Below are positions 1-8,924 of a stretch of 64,000 nucleotides of DNA, piece by piece (the first letter of the stretch is position 1; every line of letters begins with the position of its first letter). The notes under the pieces were generated by a model. That model worked only from the letters and a program-made list of their open reading frames with translations. It did not search any database and was not told the DNA's origin. The translations under genes were made by a program, and so were the position numbers. Source of the DNA: a virus. Location: the IMG/VR virus record IMGVR_UViG_3300020187_003193; one strand, given 5' to 3'.

Positions 1-1
1 T

Positions 2-298
2 ACAGAATATCCAGAACCAGCACTTGGACGACCATCAGAAAAAGCATCTGGATACGGTACACAAGATAGCAATTTAGGTAAAGACATATTAGGAGTAGAC
101 AGAATGAAAAGTGGTACTACACCTGAAGATAGACCCGGATTATCTGAATCGTCTACATCTGTAGATAACATAAATACAAGAGCTGTTTTTGCTCAAAATG
201 AGAAGATGTTAAAAAAATTCTTCCCAAAACCGAAAGTTACCCTATTTGAAGGCGAAGAGTTGTTAAATGAAGGTAATATCCGCGAGGAAGTTGAATAA
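2..298 (+). CDS. C-terminal fragment of an upstream gene, probably the portal protein (gp20-like); truncated by the window edge
   Basis: Frame 2 is open from base 2 (TEYPEPALGRPSEK...) to TAA at 296-298, so the ORF-track ATG at 104 is internal. The gene sits in the portal slot ahead of core, protease, scaffold and capsid. Confidence 0.5.
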   Translation, partial: TEYPEPALGRPSEKASGYGTQDSNLGKDILGVDRMKSGTTPEDRPGLSESSTSVDNINTRAVFAQNEKMLKKFFPKPKVTLFEGEELLNEGNIREEVE

Positions 299-303
299 TT
301 TTA

Positions 304-311
304 ATATTTAT
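304..311 (+). promoter_or_regulatory. ATATTTAT candidate late promoter/initiator motif (first of about 20 copies)
   Basis: The same octamer is at 304, 2077, 3799, 6763, 8111, 8898, 10401, 15298, 18892, 25168, 25405, 29707, 32660, 32964, 34740, 35312, 36375, 38602, 46349 and 52102, each just upstream of a gene. It is on the minus strand at 56441-56448, ahead of the only minus-strand gene. Confidence 0.75.
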
Positions 312-330
312 AACTAGTAGCTCACTACTT

Positions 331-1179
331 ATGAAAATAAAGCATAACAAATACAAGAATACTGGTATTCTATTTGAATTATTAGTAAGGAAGATTACTT
401 CGGATACTATGTCTAATAGCAATTCCAAAGCAGCGACTTTAGTTAAGAAATACTTTACTAAAAGTGAGTTAGCTAACGAGAACAAACTCTACCAAACAAT
501 AAACAACTCTATTTCTCTATCAGAAGGTAAAGCAGAATCTGTTATCTCAACGGTATTGGAAATGTCTAGAAGATTAGATAGAGACAAATTGGCTAAGGAA
601 AAATACAACTTAATTAAGGAGATTAAAGACAATTTCGACCTTAATGATTTTTTCCAAGCCAAAATAAAAAATTACAAGCTATTAGCTTCAACCTATACTT
701 TATTTGAATCGGTAAATTCTAAAGGCTTCGGAAACCCTGAAACCATTATCAATTCTAAAGTAACCATCCTCGAACACATCACATCATCCCCAGACACTAA
801 AATGTCGCTTACACCATTGGTAGAAGAGTTAATGGGATTAGATAAAGGTACTCGTGCTTTAGCATATAAAATTATGTTAGAGAAATACAACGAGAAATTC
901 GATGGTTTAAATACAGAACAAAAACTTATCTTAAAAGAATATATTAATAGTATCGCAGATGCCCCTAAACTTAAAGAATTTTTAAATACTAAATTTAAAA
1001 GTATATCTGAGAGTTTAAAGAAAAATATATCTAAAGTAGACGATCCTACTTTGAAAATCAAAATCAAAGAGGTAATAAATCTTATTGACCCTATAGTAGA
1101 AAGTAAAAAACTAAGAGACGATCACGTTGTCGCTCTTCTACAATATGTTGAGCTTTCTCAAGAAGTAGAATTGATATGA
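331..1179 (+). CDS. Hypothetical head-region protein (putative prohead core/assembly protein), 282 aa
   Basis: Long ORF preceded by ATATTTAT, located between the portal and the protease (T4 gene 67/68 slot). Confidence 0.55.
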   Translation: MKIKHNKYKNTGILFELLVRKITSDTMSNSNSKAATLVKKYFTKSELANENKLYQTINNSISLSEGKAESVISTVLEMSRRLDRDKLAKEKYNLIKEIKDNFDLNDFFQAKIKNYKLLASTYTLFESVNSKGFGNPETIINSKVTILEHITSSPDTKMSLTPLVEELMGLDKGTRALAYKIMLEKYNEKFDGLNTEQKLILKEYINSIADAPKLKEFLNTKFKSISESLKKNISKVDDPTLKIKIKEVINLIDPIVESKKLRDDHVVALLQYVELSQEVELI

Positions 1180-1940
1180 AAATAAACTTAAAAGGTTTAA
1201 AGCAAGAGATGAGCACCACTGGAACTGGTGCTTCCTTTGCTGCTGGCACGGGCGAACAATATGCTACACCTAAAGCTTTTAAGAAACGTAAAGATGAAGT
1301 AGGAGAACCATTCTCAACACCATCTCCCTCTATCCCAAACAGAAAATCTAAAGTAATCGACTATAAAAAATTATTTCAAGAAGCTGTTGACGAGCTATCT
1401 GAAGCAGAAGTAGGCGATACTAAAACAACTAAAGGCATCAAATCAACTGTATCAGATGTTGACCCTGTAACGGGACAAATATCATGGGATATAGAATATG
1501 TACCTGCATTTGATTCTGTATATAAAGAATTTGACGATTTACGTAAAGTAATATCTCAACTCGACCAAAAGACAGACGATGCCATAGTAGACGATATAGC
1601 AGCTAAAATCAGATCCGAATTTAACAGATATCGTACACACATCAGAAAAAATTACCCTGAAGCGTACAAAAAGTTTACACTAAACGAAGCACGCTATACA
1701 GAATTTAAGAAAAAATCACAATTTCGTACACCTACACAACAATTACATATGGCTGTACGTGAAATTAGACGTAAAATCGATGAAATGACCAAAGTAGTGG
1801 CGTTTACTGAGAGAATGCGTACAGAATTAAAGGCAAGTAACGAAGGTATGTCTTATTTAAATCGTACTCGTGAATCCATTAGTAAAATAAACGAAAAACT
1901 ACAAGAATTAAATAATCGAATTAAAGGTTTAACAGAATAA
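1176..1940 (+). CDS. Putative internal head/core protein carrying a copy of the mature capsid N-terminal arm
   Basis: 254 aa with ATGA overlap. Residues TTGTGASFAAGTGEQYA match the capsid protein's TTGTGASFTAGTGEQYA. Several E-A/E-M putative protease sites. Confidence 0.6.
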   Translation: MKINLKGLKQEMSTTGTGASFAAGTGEQYATPKAFKKRKDEVGEPFSTPSPSIPNRKSKVIDYKKLFQEAVDELSEAEVGDTKTTKGIKSTVSDVDPVTGQISWDIEYVPAFDSVYKEFDDLRKVISQLDQKTDDAIVDDIAAKIRSEFNRYRTHIRKNYPEAYKKFTLNEARYTEFKKKSQFRTPTQQLHMAVREIRRKIDEMTKVVAFTERMRTELKASNEGMSYLNRTRESISKINEKLQELNNRIKGLTE

Positions 1941-2077
1941 TGGCAAAAGGCATCGCAGTTGGCAACTACAGAGGTGGTTCTAACAAAAAAAGACCGGGTG
2001 TTCACTCAAAAAGTAAGTCATCCAAAATTAAAGGTTCTAAGAATTACAAGAAACTGAATGTAGGTCAAGGCAAATAA
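1940..2077 (+). CDS. Small basic protein, 45 aa (not in ORF track)
   Basis: MAKGIAVGNYRGGSNKKRPGVHSKSKSSKIKGSKNYKKLNVGQGK*. It has 13 K/R and no D/E, overlaps the upstream stop (TAATG) and fills the gap exactly. Confidence 0.7.
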   Translation: MAKGIAVGNYRGGSNKKRPGVHSKSKSSKIKGSKNYKKLNVGQGK

Positions 2078-2088
2078 TATTTATATAC

Positions 2089-3099
2089 ATGACAACACAA
2101 GATTTATATACTAAGCTTTCTAAAGGCGAGATTACAGAACAAAAGTTCTTGTATGAAGTACGTAGAGATATTAACCTACCATGGATAACATCCAGTAACT
2201 CATTCAAAGATACTATCACTATCCTTAAAAACAAGGGTATGATATCTGAAAAACAAACTAAAAAATCTACGGGTAAACAAGAAGTAGAAATCATAGCTAA
2301 AACTATCGATATGGTTAACCCATACGAATACTCAAAAGGTATGGATTTCGAACTTGATTTAGTATATAATGCTGTAGGAAACGCCGACTTAACAGAAGAC
2401 GAAGTACTTAAAGCACAGAAAAAAGTACTTAAAAATCTTACAAATAACCCATCATACTACACTCAGAAAATGTCTACCCAAATGGAAGGCGAAAGCGAGT
2501 ATGAAATAGAGTTAAACGATAAATCTATTGCTGATTTAATCAAGAAAAACAAAGGGAAAAAAGGTAAAATTATCCGCGAACATGGAGAAGATGCCGAAAG
2601 AGTAGCTGATGTAAACGCTGATTCTACTATGTTAGAAGGAACTACTTATGTGTGGGGAGATGTTATAAACGCATTAAAAGATGAAGCGAACGCTTCAGAA
2701 TCTGAAATAGAAGCATATATAGCATCTTTAGAACGTGATATCAAAATAAATGGTATGGACGATTATAAGGGATATTCAACCGATGATTATGTTGAAGATT
2801 TTAAAAATTATATAGCTGATAAGTCTGTAAAAGAACACGGAGAACATCACGATAGAGTAGCCGATGTAAATGCTGATTCCTCACCATTAGAAGAAGAAGA
2901 AGTAGAAGAACTAGGTAGAAAAAGAGACGCTATCTACGAAAAGTATGCTAAAAAATATGGTGTTGACGTAAACGAACTTAAAGATAAAGTTGAAGCACGT
3001 AAACTTGAAATGGAAGCAATTGAAGTAGATAACGAACAAGATGCTATCAATATTCAGAAAAAATCCCCTGATGCTGACGTTCGCATAGTTAAAAAATAA
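2089..3099 (+). CDS. Acidic putative prohead core/internal protein with an internal repeat
   Basis: 336 aa and E/D-rich. EHGE..RVADVNADS occurs twice (2578-2625 and 2833-2880). Preceded by ATATTTAT. Confidence 0.55.
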   Translation: MTTQDLYTKLSKGEITEQKFLYEVRRDINLPWITSSNSFKDTITILKNKGMISEKQTKKSTGKQEVEIIAKTIDMVNPYEYSKGMDFELDLVYNAVGNADLTEDEVLKAQKKVLKNLTNNPSYYTQKMSTQMEGESEYEIELNDKSIADLIKKNKGKKGKIIREHGEDAERVADVNADSTMLEGTTYVWGDVINALKDEANASESEIEAYIASLERDIKINGMDDYKGYSTDDYVEDFKNYIADKSVKEHGEHHDRVADVNADSSPLEEEEVEELGRKRDAIYEKYAKKYGVDVNELKDKVEARKLEMEAIEVDNEQDAINIQKKSPDADVRIVKK

Positions 3100-3102
3100 C
3101 AG

Positions 3103-3720
3103 ATGGCTCAAAAATTACTATTAGAATATTCCGTATTTACCCCTAAAAGATCTCAACTTGTTGAAGGTCTAGACGGGTCAAAAAACATGGTGGTTGAAGG
3201 TATCGTACAACGTGCCGAAGAATTCAACCATAACGGAAGACGCTACCCATACGAGACATTAAAGCGTGAAGTAGACAAATATATGTCTGGCCCTATCGCT
3301 GAAAACAGAGCATTAGGGGAATTAGACCACCCAGAATCCTCTGTAATCAACTTAAAAAACGCATCCCACAACATTAAAGAATTGTGGTGGGACGGAAACG
3401 ATTTACTAGGTAAAATCGAAATATTAACTACTCCATCTGGAAACATATTAAAAGAACTATTCAAAAATAATATTACTGTAGGGATTTCATCTCGCGGTAT
3501 GGGTTCTGTTTCACAATTAGGTGAAGGTAGAGTAGAAGTAGAAGACGATTTCGAACTATTATGTTGGGATTTCGTATCTACACCATCAACACATGGTGCA
3601 TTCATGAAACCAACAGGTTTAAATGAAAATCGCACATATACTAAAAACAAATATTCAAAAATTAACTCAATTGTATCTGACATTATATGCACTCAGTCAG
3701 GTATTTGCTGTTTAAGATAA
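3103..3720 (+). CDS. Prohead core protease (T4 gp21-like)
   Basis: Motifs NGRRYP, ALGELDHP (catalytic His), GISSRGMGS (catalytic Ser) and WDFVSTPS. Lies upstream of scaffold and capsid. Confidence 0.92.
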   Translation: MAQKLLLEYSVFTPKRSQLVEGLDGSKNMVVEGIVQRAEEFNHNGRRYPYETLKREVDKYMSGPIAENRALGELDHPESSVINLKNASHNIKELWWDGNDLLGKIEILTTPSGNILKELFKNNITVGISSRGMGSVSQLGEGRVEVEDDFELLCWDFVSTPSTHGAFMKPTGLNENRTYTKNKYSKINSIVSDIICTQSGICCLR

Positions 3721-3753
3721 TTCCTCGGACGCTACCGCGGGCAGATGTCGATT

Positions 3754-3783
3754 CCCTTGCAGCAATGCAAGGGTTTCTTGTTT
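3754..3783 (+). terminator. Rho-independent terminator
   Basis: CCCTTGCA-GCAA-TGCAAGGG followed by a T-rich tract. Confidence 0.75.
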
Positions 3784-3812
3784 CTCCTATATCTTTATAT
3801 ATTTATCCACAG

Positions 3813-3883
3813 ATAAGATAGGTAATCCCTAATATTACCTCACTCAGTTCACAAAATCTTATATTACTTCCCTAATAAGTAAT
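3813..3883 (+). promoter_or_regulatory. Structured 5' leader with two hairpins sharing the loop CCCUAAU
   Basis: AGGTAAT-ccctaat-ATTACCT (3820-3840) and ATTACTT-ccctaat-AAGTAAT (3863-3883), plus an outer stem ATAAGAT/ATCTTAT (3813-3819/3856-3862). Confidence 0.6.
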
Positions 3884-3906
3884 CACACACACAAATTTTT
3901 TTAAAA

Positions 3907-5046
3907 ATGTCAAACACAAAGTTTTTCAACGATGCAATCGCTGAGGCTAAAGCTATCCGTGAAACGGCTCTTGCTAACGCTAAGCTTGCATTAGAAGAAG
4001 CTTTCACTCCACAGATTCAATCTATGCTAGAGAAAAAATTAGCAGAAGAAGCTGATGATATGGATGAAGCAAAAGACATGGACGAAGCAAAGGAAATGGA
4101 CGAAGCAAAAGACATGGACGAGGCGAAAAAAGACGTAGATGAAGCAAAATCCGATATGGACGAAGCTAAAAAAGACGTTGATGAAGCCAAAGACATGGAC
4201 GAAGCTAAGGATATGGACGAAGCTAAGGACGTGGAAGAAGGAAAAGACATGGAAGAAGCTAAAAAAGATGTAGACGAAGCTAAAGTAGAGGAATCTACTG
4301 TAGAAGAAGCTGCTGTCGAAGAAGGCTCTGACATGGAAGAAGGATCAATTGAAGAAATTGACCTAGACGAACTATTAGCTGAATTAGAAGCTGCAGAAGG
4401 CCAAGTTGCTGAAACTGCTGTTGAAGAGGTAGCTGTAGAAGAAACTGCTGTAGAAGAAGCACCTGTAGTTGAAGCGGAAGCTGAAGACGAAGTAGGTGAA
4501 ATTACAGTAGATGAGCTTAAAGACATTATCCGTGACGTCCTTGCTGATGTAATGGGTGGTGGAGCTGGAGAAGAAGAAATGGAAGATCTTGGTGACCTAG
4601 AAGGTGGCGAAGAAATGGAAATGGGCGACGAAGAAGCTGAACTTGAATTAGAAGGTAAAAAAGAAGTTGAAGAGAAAAAAGAAGTTGAGGAAGCTAAGGC
4701 TGAATTAAACGAAGCTATTTCTGTAATCAATACTCTAAAATCTGAGCTAAACGAAGTTAACTTACTTAACGCAAAACTTCTTTACGTGAACAAATTGTTC
4801 CGCAGCAAAACATTAACTGAAGCACAGAAAGTAAAAGTGATCAATGCATTTGATCGTGCTGAATCTGTGAAAGAAGTTAAAAACATCTTTGAAACAATCA
4901 AAGATTCAGTTACTATTGAAGCTAAAAAGCCAGTAAACGAATCTCGTTCATTTGCTTCTAAAGCTGCTGGAGTAGCACCAAAAACGCAAATTGTAGAAAG
5001 CAACGATTTTGTAGCTAGAATGCAAAAAATTGCTGGAATTATTTAA
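3907..5046 (+). CDS. Prohead scaffolding/core protein (T4 gp22-like)
   Basis: 379 aa, extremely acidic, predicted coiled coil, located between the protease and the capsid gene. Confidence 0.8.
   Translation: MSNTKFFNDAIAEAKAIRETALANAKLALEEAFTPQIQSMLEKKLAEEADDMDEAKDMDEAKEMDEAKDMDEAKKDVDEAKSDMDEAKKDVDEAKDMDEAKDMDEAKDVEEGKDMEEAKKDVDEAKVEESTVEEAAVEEGSDMEEGSIEEIDLDELLAELEAAEGQVAETAVEEVAVEETAVEEAPVVEAEAEDEVGEITVDELKDIIRDVLADVMGGGAGEEEMEDLGDLEGGEEMEMGDEEAELELEGKKEVEEKKEVEEAKAELNEAISVINTLKSELNEVNLLNAKLLYVNKLFRSKTLTEAQKVKVINAFDRAESVKEVKNIFETIKDSVTIEAKKPVNESRSFASKAAGVAPKTQIVESNDFVARMQKIAGII
4057..4285 (+). repeat. Tandem (K)KD(M/V)DEA peptide repeats in the scaffold
   Basis: DEAKDMDEAKEMDEAKDMDEAKKDVDEA..., roughly a dozen imperfect 6-7 aa units. 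Confidence 0.85.
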
Positions 5047-5069
5047 ATTAAAAAAACACATTATTTAAA

Positions 5070-6704
5070 ATGTCAAACGTAGTAAATCAATTATTAGAAA
5101 CTGCCAACCCTTATCAGTCTGTACAAAAAGATGCAGCTAGATTAGCAGGGAAATGGGCAAAATCAGGTTTATTAGAAGGAATTTCTAATGACACTGACAA
5201 AGCTAACATGTCTATCATGTTAGAAAACCAAGCTAAACAGCTTGTAATGGAAGCTAACACAACTGGAACAGGAGCGTCTTTCACTGCTGGAACAGGTGAG
5301 CAATACGCTGCAGTAGCTTTACCATTAGTAAGAAAGGTATTCGGACAAATCGCTGCTAAAGAATTCGTTTCTGTACAGCCAATGTCTTTACCTGCTGGAT
5401 TAGTATTTTACTTAGATTTCCAATATGGAACTACTAAGAAGCCATTCACTTCAGGAGATTCAATGTACGGAACTCCATCTGAAAACTTTGGTAACCAAGC
5501 TGCAGGTGGATTATACGGTGCTGGAAGATTTGGTTACTCTGTTAATGAACACACTGCTTCTGTTACTGGTACGCCTGCAACGGCATCTTGGGCTGATGTA
5601 AACTTTACTAGCGAACTATCAGCTTCTGCGGCTACAGGTTCATTGAAAAGCATCACAATTACTTCTGCTTCTATTTCTGCTAATTTAGATGGAGATGCTG
5701 TTCGTTCATTTGTAGTATCTTCTGGTTCTATACTAGAAACTCTTCAATTGCCTGCATTTACAAGTCAAGCTGCATCAGGAGATGTTACTTTTATATTTGA
5801 TAACTTTGAAGGAAATGATTCAAGAATTCAAACTGGTAGTCAAACTTTAAATGTTACTTATTCTAAGAAAACTGCTGATAATGCACGTGGTGATTTCGAA
5901 GATGGTTCAACATTAGCAACTACTGATCCGTCAAGAACTGCCATTTCTATCCCAGAAATCGATGTTCAAATGAGATCTGAAACTATTGCTGCTAAAACAA
6001 GAAAATTGAAAGCACAATGGACACCAGAATTCTCTCAGGATCTTAACGCGTTCCATTCAATCGACGCTGAGGCTGAATTAACTTCAATCTTATCAGAATA
6101 CATTTCTTTAGAAATCGATTTAGAGATCTTAGATATGTTGATTGAAAACGCTCCAACAACTGAAGTATGGTCTGCGAAAGTAGGAAACCAACTTAACGCT
6201 GGTGGAACTGGATTCGATTCTAACACATCTGGTGTATACTATACTCAAATGAGCTGGTTCCAAACTCTTGGAATTAAATTACAAAAAGTATCTAACATCA
6301 TTCACCAAAGAACATTAAGAGGTGGAGCTAACTTTATGGTAGTTTCTCCAACTGTAGCAACTATCTTGGAATCAATTCCTGGATTCGCTGCTGATACTGA
6401 TGGTGATGTAACTAAAGCTTCTTACGCTTTTGGTGTACAGAAAATCGGTGCTTTAAACAGCCGTTACAAAGTGTACAAGAACCCATATATGACTGAAAAC
6501 ACCATTTTAATGGGCTTCAGAGGTAACCAATTCTTAGAATCAGGTGCTGTATATGCTCCATATGTACCACTTATCATGACTCCATTAGTGTACGATCCAA
6601 ATACCTTCACTCCAAGAAAAGGTATCATGACACGTTACGCTAAGAAAATGGTAAGACCAGAATTCTACGGAAAAGTGTTCGTATCTGACTTAAACGTAAT
6701 CTAA
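5070..6704 (+). CDS. Major capsid protein (T4 gp23-like)
   Basis: 544 aa. Motifs PLVRKVF...AKEFVSVQPMSLPAGLVFYLDF, AKTRKLKAQWTPEFSQDLNAFH, YAPYVPL and FTPRKGIMTRYA. Putative maturation site E61/A62. Confidence 0.96.
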   Translation: MSNVVNQLLETANPYQSVQKDAARLAGKWAKSGLLEGISNDTDKANMSIMLENQAKQLVMEANTTGTGASFTAGTGEQYAAVALPLVRKVFGQIAAKEFVSVQPMSLPAGLVFYLDFQYGTTKKPFTSGDSMYGTPSENFGNQAAGGLYGAGRFGYSVNEHTASVTGTPATASWADVNFTSELSASAATGSLKSITITSASISANLDGDAVRSFVVSSGSILETLQLPAFTSQAASGDVTFIFDNFEGNDSRIQTGSQTLNVTYSKKTADNARGDFEDGSTLATTDPSRTAISIPEIDVQMRSETIAAKTRKLKAQWTPEFSQDLNAFHSIDAEAELTSILSEYISLEIDLEILDMLIENAPTTEVWSAKVGNQLNAGGTGFDSNTSGVYYTQMSWFQTLGIKLQKVSNIIHQRTLRGGANFMVVSPTVATILESIPGFAADTDGDVTKASYAFGVQKIGALNSRYKVYKNPYMTENTILMGFRGNQFLESGAVYAPYVPLIMTPLVYDPNTFTPRKGIMTRYAKKMVRPEFYGKVFVSDLNVI

Positions 6705-6735
6705 TCTTAGGATTAAAAATTACCTTTATAAAATT

Positions 6736-6762
6736 AAGCCTCGCGAAAGCGGGGCTTTTTTT
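6736..6762 (+). terminator. Rho-independent terminator after the capsid gene
   Basis: AAGCCTCGC-GAAA-GCGGGGCTT followed by a T run. Confidence 0.9.
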
Positions 6763-6774
6763 ATATTTATATAC

Positions 6775-7002
6775 ATGATAATCTCCGAAATACCATTTGC
6801 TGTATTCCTTGAAAGGAATCCCTACCTAAAAGGTAGGCCTTTAAATGAACAGTTTGTACATTACAACGATTATCTACAAGTAGTTCACTTACAACAACAA
6901 AGCATTGTAAACAGAGGAGGAGATTCCGATTTCCTTCTACAAGAAGACGGCTTTAAAATATTACAAGAAGACGGAAATTCCGGTATTTTAATAAAAACAT
7001 AA
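6775..7002 (+). CDS. Small hypothetical protein, probably virion-associated
   Basis: 75 aa with a duplicated LLQEDG/ILQEDG motif. Upstream sequence is ATATTTATATACATG. Confidence 0.55.
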   Translation: MIISEIPFAVFLERNPYLKGRPLNEQFVHYNDYLQVVHLQQQSIVNRGGDSDFLLQEDGFKILQEDGNSGILIKT

Positions 7003-7004
7003 TA

Positions 7005-8111
7005 ATGGCAAATTTACCTATATCTAGATTAGTATCAGGAACGCAAGCAAACGACGGCGATAAATTCGTTTACGTACAGCAAGGAATTACTAAACAAGTT
7101 GATTATGGTGATCTTCAATCCTCTATAGTAACCGATGTAGACTATATTGACTTTAATACAAGTTCAGTAGTTACAGGTAAACCTGGTAGATTACGTTGGA
7201 ACGATGTTGACGGTACTTTAGATTTAAGTCTTAAAAATGGGAATGTAACATTACAAATTGGGCAAGAAATCAATATTAATGCATATAATAACGAAACCGC
7301 ATCATTATTAGAATCAGAATATAGGGCTGTCTATGTAAGCGGTTCAGTAAGCAACTTCCCAGCAGTTAATCTAGCATCTAATTTAGATAGACGTTCTTCA
7401 GAAAATACTATAGGAATTGTAACAGAAGATATAGCAGCAGGAGAACTTGGTTATATAACAACTCAAGGAATGGTTAGAGACATTGATATGAGTGCCTACA
7501 ATCCTGGCGATACTTTATACTTAGGTGCCAATGATGGGATATTATTAAATGAACCCCCTCTTCCACCTGCACTTACAGTTATTATGGGGTACTGTATAAA
7601 TAACGATGCTACAACGGGTTCAATGTATGTTAATGTTAGAAGTGGATTTGAATATCCACAATATGCCATTGCATATAACTTATCTGACCATACTGCTTCA
7701 GCTGATACAGCAACAATAATTGACTTTGATACACCTCAAGTATTAAGCGGAATATCACTCATAAGTGGTTCCCAATTTACAGTATCAACCCCAGGCCTAT
7801 ATGAATTTACCGTACTCTCTCAGATAAACCGAGCTGCAAGTTCGGGTACTGCTACATTATATTTTTGGGCAAAGAAAAATGGAGTAGATATTCCAAATTC
7901 AAATAATAACCAAAGTATAACGGGAAATACCGGTACTGCTGCAACCTTAATGAGTAAAAATCTTGTTATAGTATTGGAGGAAGGTGATTATGTTGAATTT
8001 TATTGGGCAACAACTGATGCTGATATGATACTAAAATATACCGCAGCAAGCTCCACCCCTACTAGACCAGCAACAGCAGCAGTAAAAGTTACAGCAACAA
8101 GGTTAAGTTAA
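7005..8111 (+). CDS. Putative head decoration/fibre protein with a C-terminal C1q/BclA-like beta domain
   Basis: 368 aa. C-terminal FTVSTPGLYEFTV...LEEGDYVEFYW pattern. Directly follows the capsid gene. Confidence 0.5.
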   Translation: MANLPISRLVSGTQANDGDKFVYVQQGITKQVDYGDLQSSIVTDVDYIDFNTSSVVTGKPGRLRWNDVDGTLDLSLKNGNVTLQIGQEININAYNNETASLLESEYRAVYVSGSVSNFPAVNLASNLDRRSSENTIGIVTEDIAAGELGYITTQGMVRDIDMSAYNPGDTLYLGANDGILLNEPPLPPALTVIMGYCINNDATTGSMYVNVRSGFEYPQYAIAYNLSDHTASADTATIIDFDTPQVLSGISLISGSQFTVSTPGLYEFTVLSQINRAASSGTATLYFWAKKNGVDIPNSNNNQSITGNTGTAATLMSKNLVIVLEEGDYVEFYWATTDADMILKYTAASSTPTRPATAAVKVTATRLS

Positions 8112-8162
8112 TATTTATATAGGAACGTTCTTATATTTTATTAACTAACTAACAAACCGTTT

Positions 8163-8897
8163 ATGGCAAGTAAACCTCACACGGACGAAGTATATCGTCC
8201 TAAAAGAGTAGTAAAGAATCCAATTAACTTCAAAATTCAATTAAACGAAGAACAAAAAGAAGCGAAAGCCAAAATATTAGAAAACACAATAACCCTCTTA
8301 GCAGGACAAGCAGGTTCCGGAAAAACACTTTTAGCATGTAATATAGCCTTAGATGGTTTAATGCGAAGACAATATACTAAAGTTATAATCACACGCCCTA
8401 CTGTATCGAAAGAAGATATAGGTTTCTTACCAGGCGATATGAGAGAAAAAATGGACCCGTGGGTTCAACCTATTTACCAAAATATGTTTCTCTTATATGA
8501 CAAAGAAAAAATCAAAAAACTTATACAAGACGAACAAATAGAAATTGTACCTGTATCCTTCATGAGAGGACGTACGTTCGTTGATTCACTCATCATAGTA
8601 GACGAAGCTCAAAACGTTACACACGATCAAATGGAAATGATCGCCACCCGTATTGGAAAACATTCTAAAATGGTTGTATGCGGTGATACTCACCAAGTGG
8701 ATTTAAAAAATAAAGGCGATTCTGGATTTAAATTCTTGTACAATGCTGCAAGAAAAATCAAAAACATGGAAGCCATTACCTTACTAACAAACAACAGAGA
8801 TGCCATTGTTGAGGATTTAATCAATTACTATAACGATGCGTACGATAAAAAACAAATCGTAGGTACCGCAGGTAGTAGTGGAGGCCAGAGAAAGTAA
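8163..8897 (+). CDS. phoH: PhoH-family ATPase
   Basis: Motifs GQAGSGKT, ITRPTV, IGFLPGDMREKMDPW, FMRGRTF, IVDEAQN and GDTHQVDL. Confidence 0.95.
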   Translation: MASKPHTDEVYRPKRVVKNPINFKIQLNEEQKEAKAKILENTITLLAGQAGSGKTLLACNIALDGLMRRQYTKVIITRPTVSKEDIGFLPGDMREKMDPWVQPIYQNMFLLYDKEKIKKLIQDEQIEIVPVSFMRGRTFVDSLIIVDEAQNVTHDQMEMIATRIGKHSKMVVCGDTHQVDLKNKGDSGFKFLYNAARKIKNMEAITLLTNNRDAIVEDLINYYNDAYDKKQIVGTAGSSGGQRK

Positions 8898-8924
8898 ATA
8901 TTTATAATAAATACTCACTAAAAC

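Noticed and set aside
3724-3750. CGGACGCTACCG micro-hairpin just before the 3754 terminator as an antiterminator or ncRNA
   Set aside because: Only a 3-bp stem and a single occurrence in the window. Cannot be supported without comparative data.
4017-4730. 237-aa Ser-rich minus-strand ORF
   Set aside because: Antisense of GAA/GCT-rich scaffold codons (GAA reads TTC/TCT on the other strand). Not a glycosylation substrate gene.
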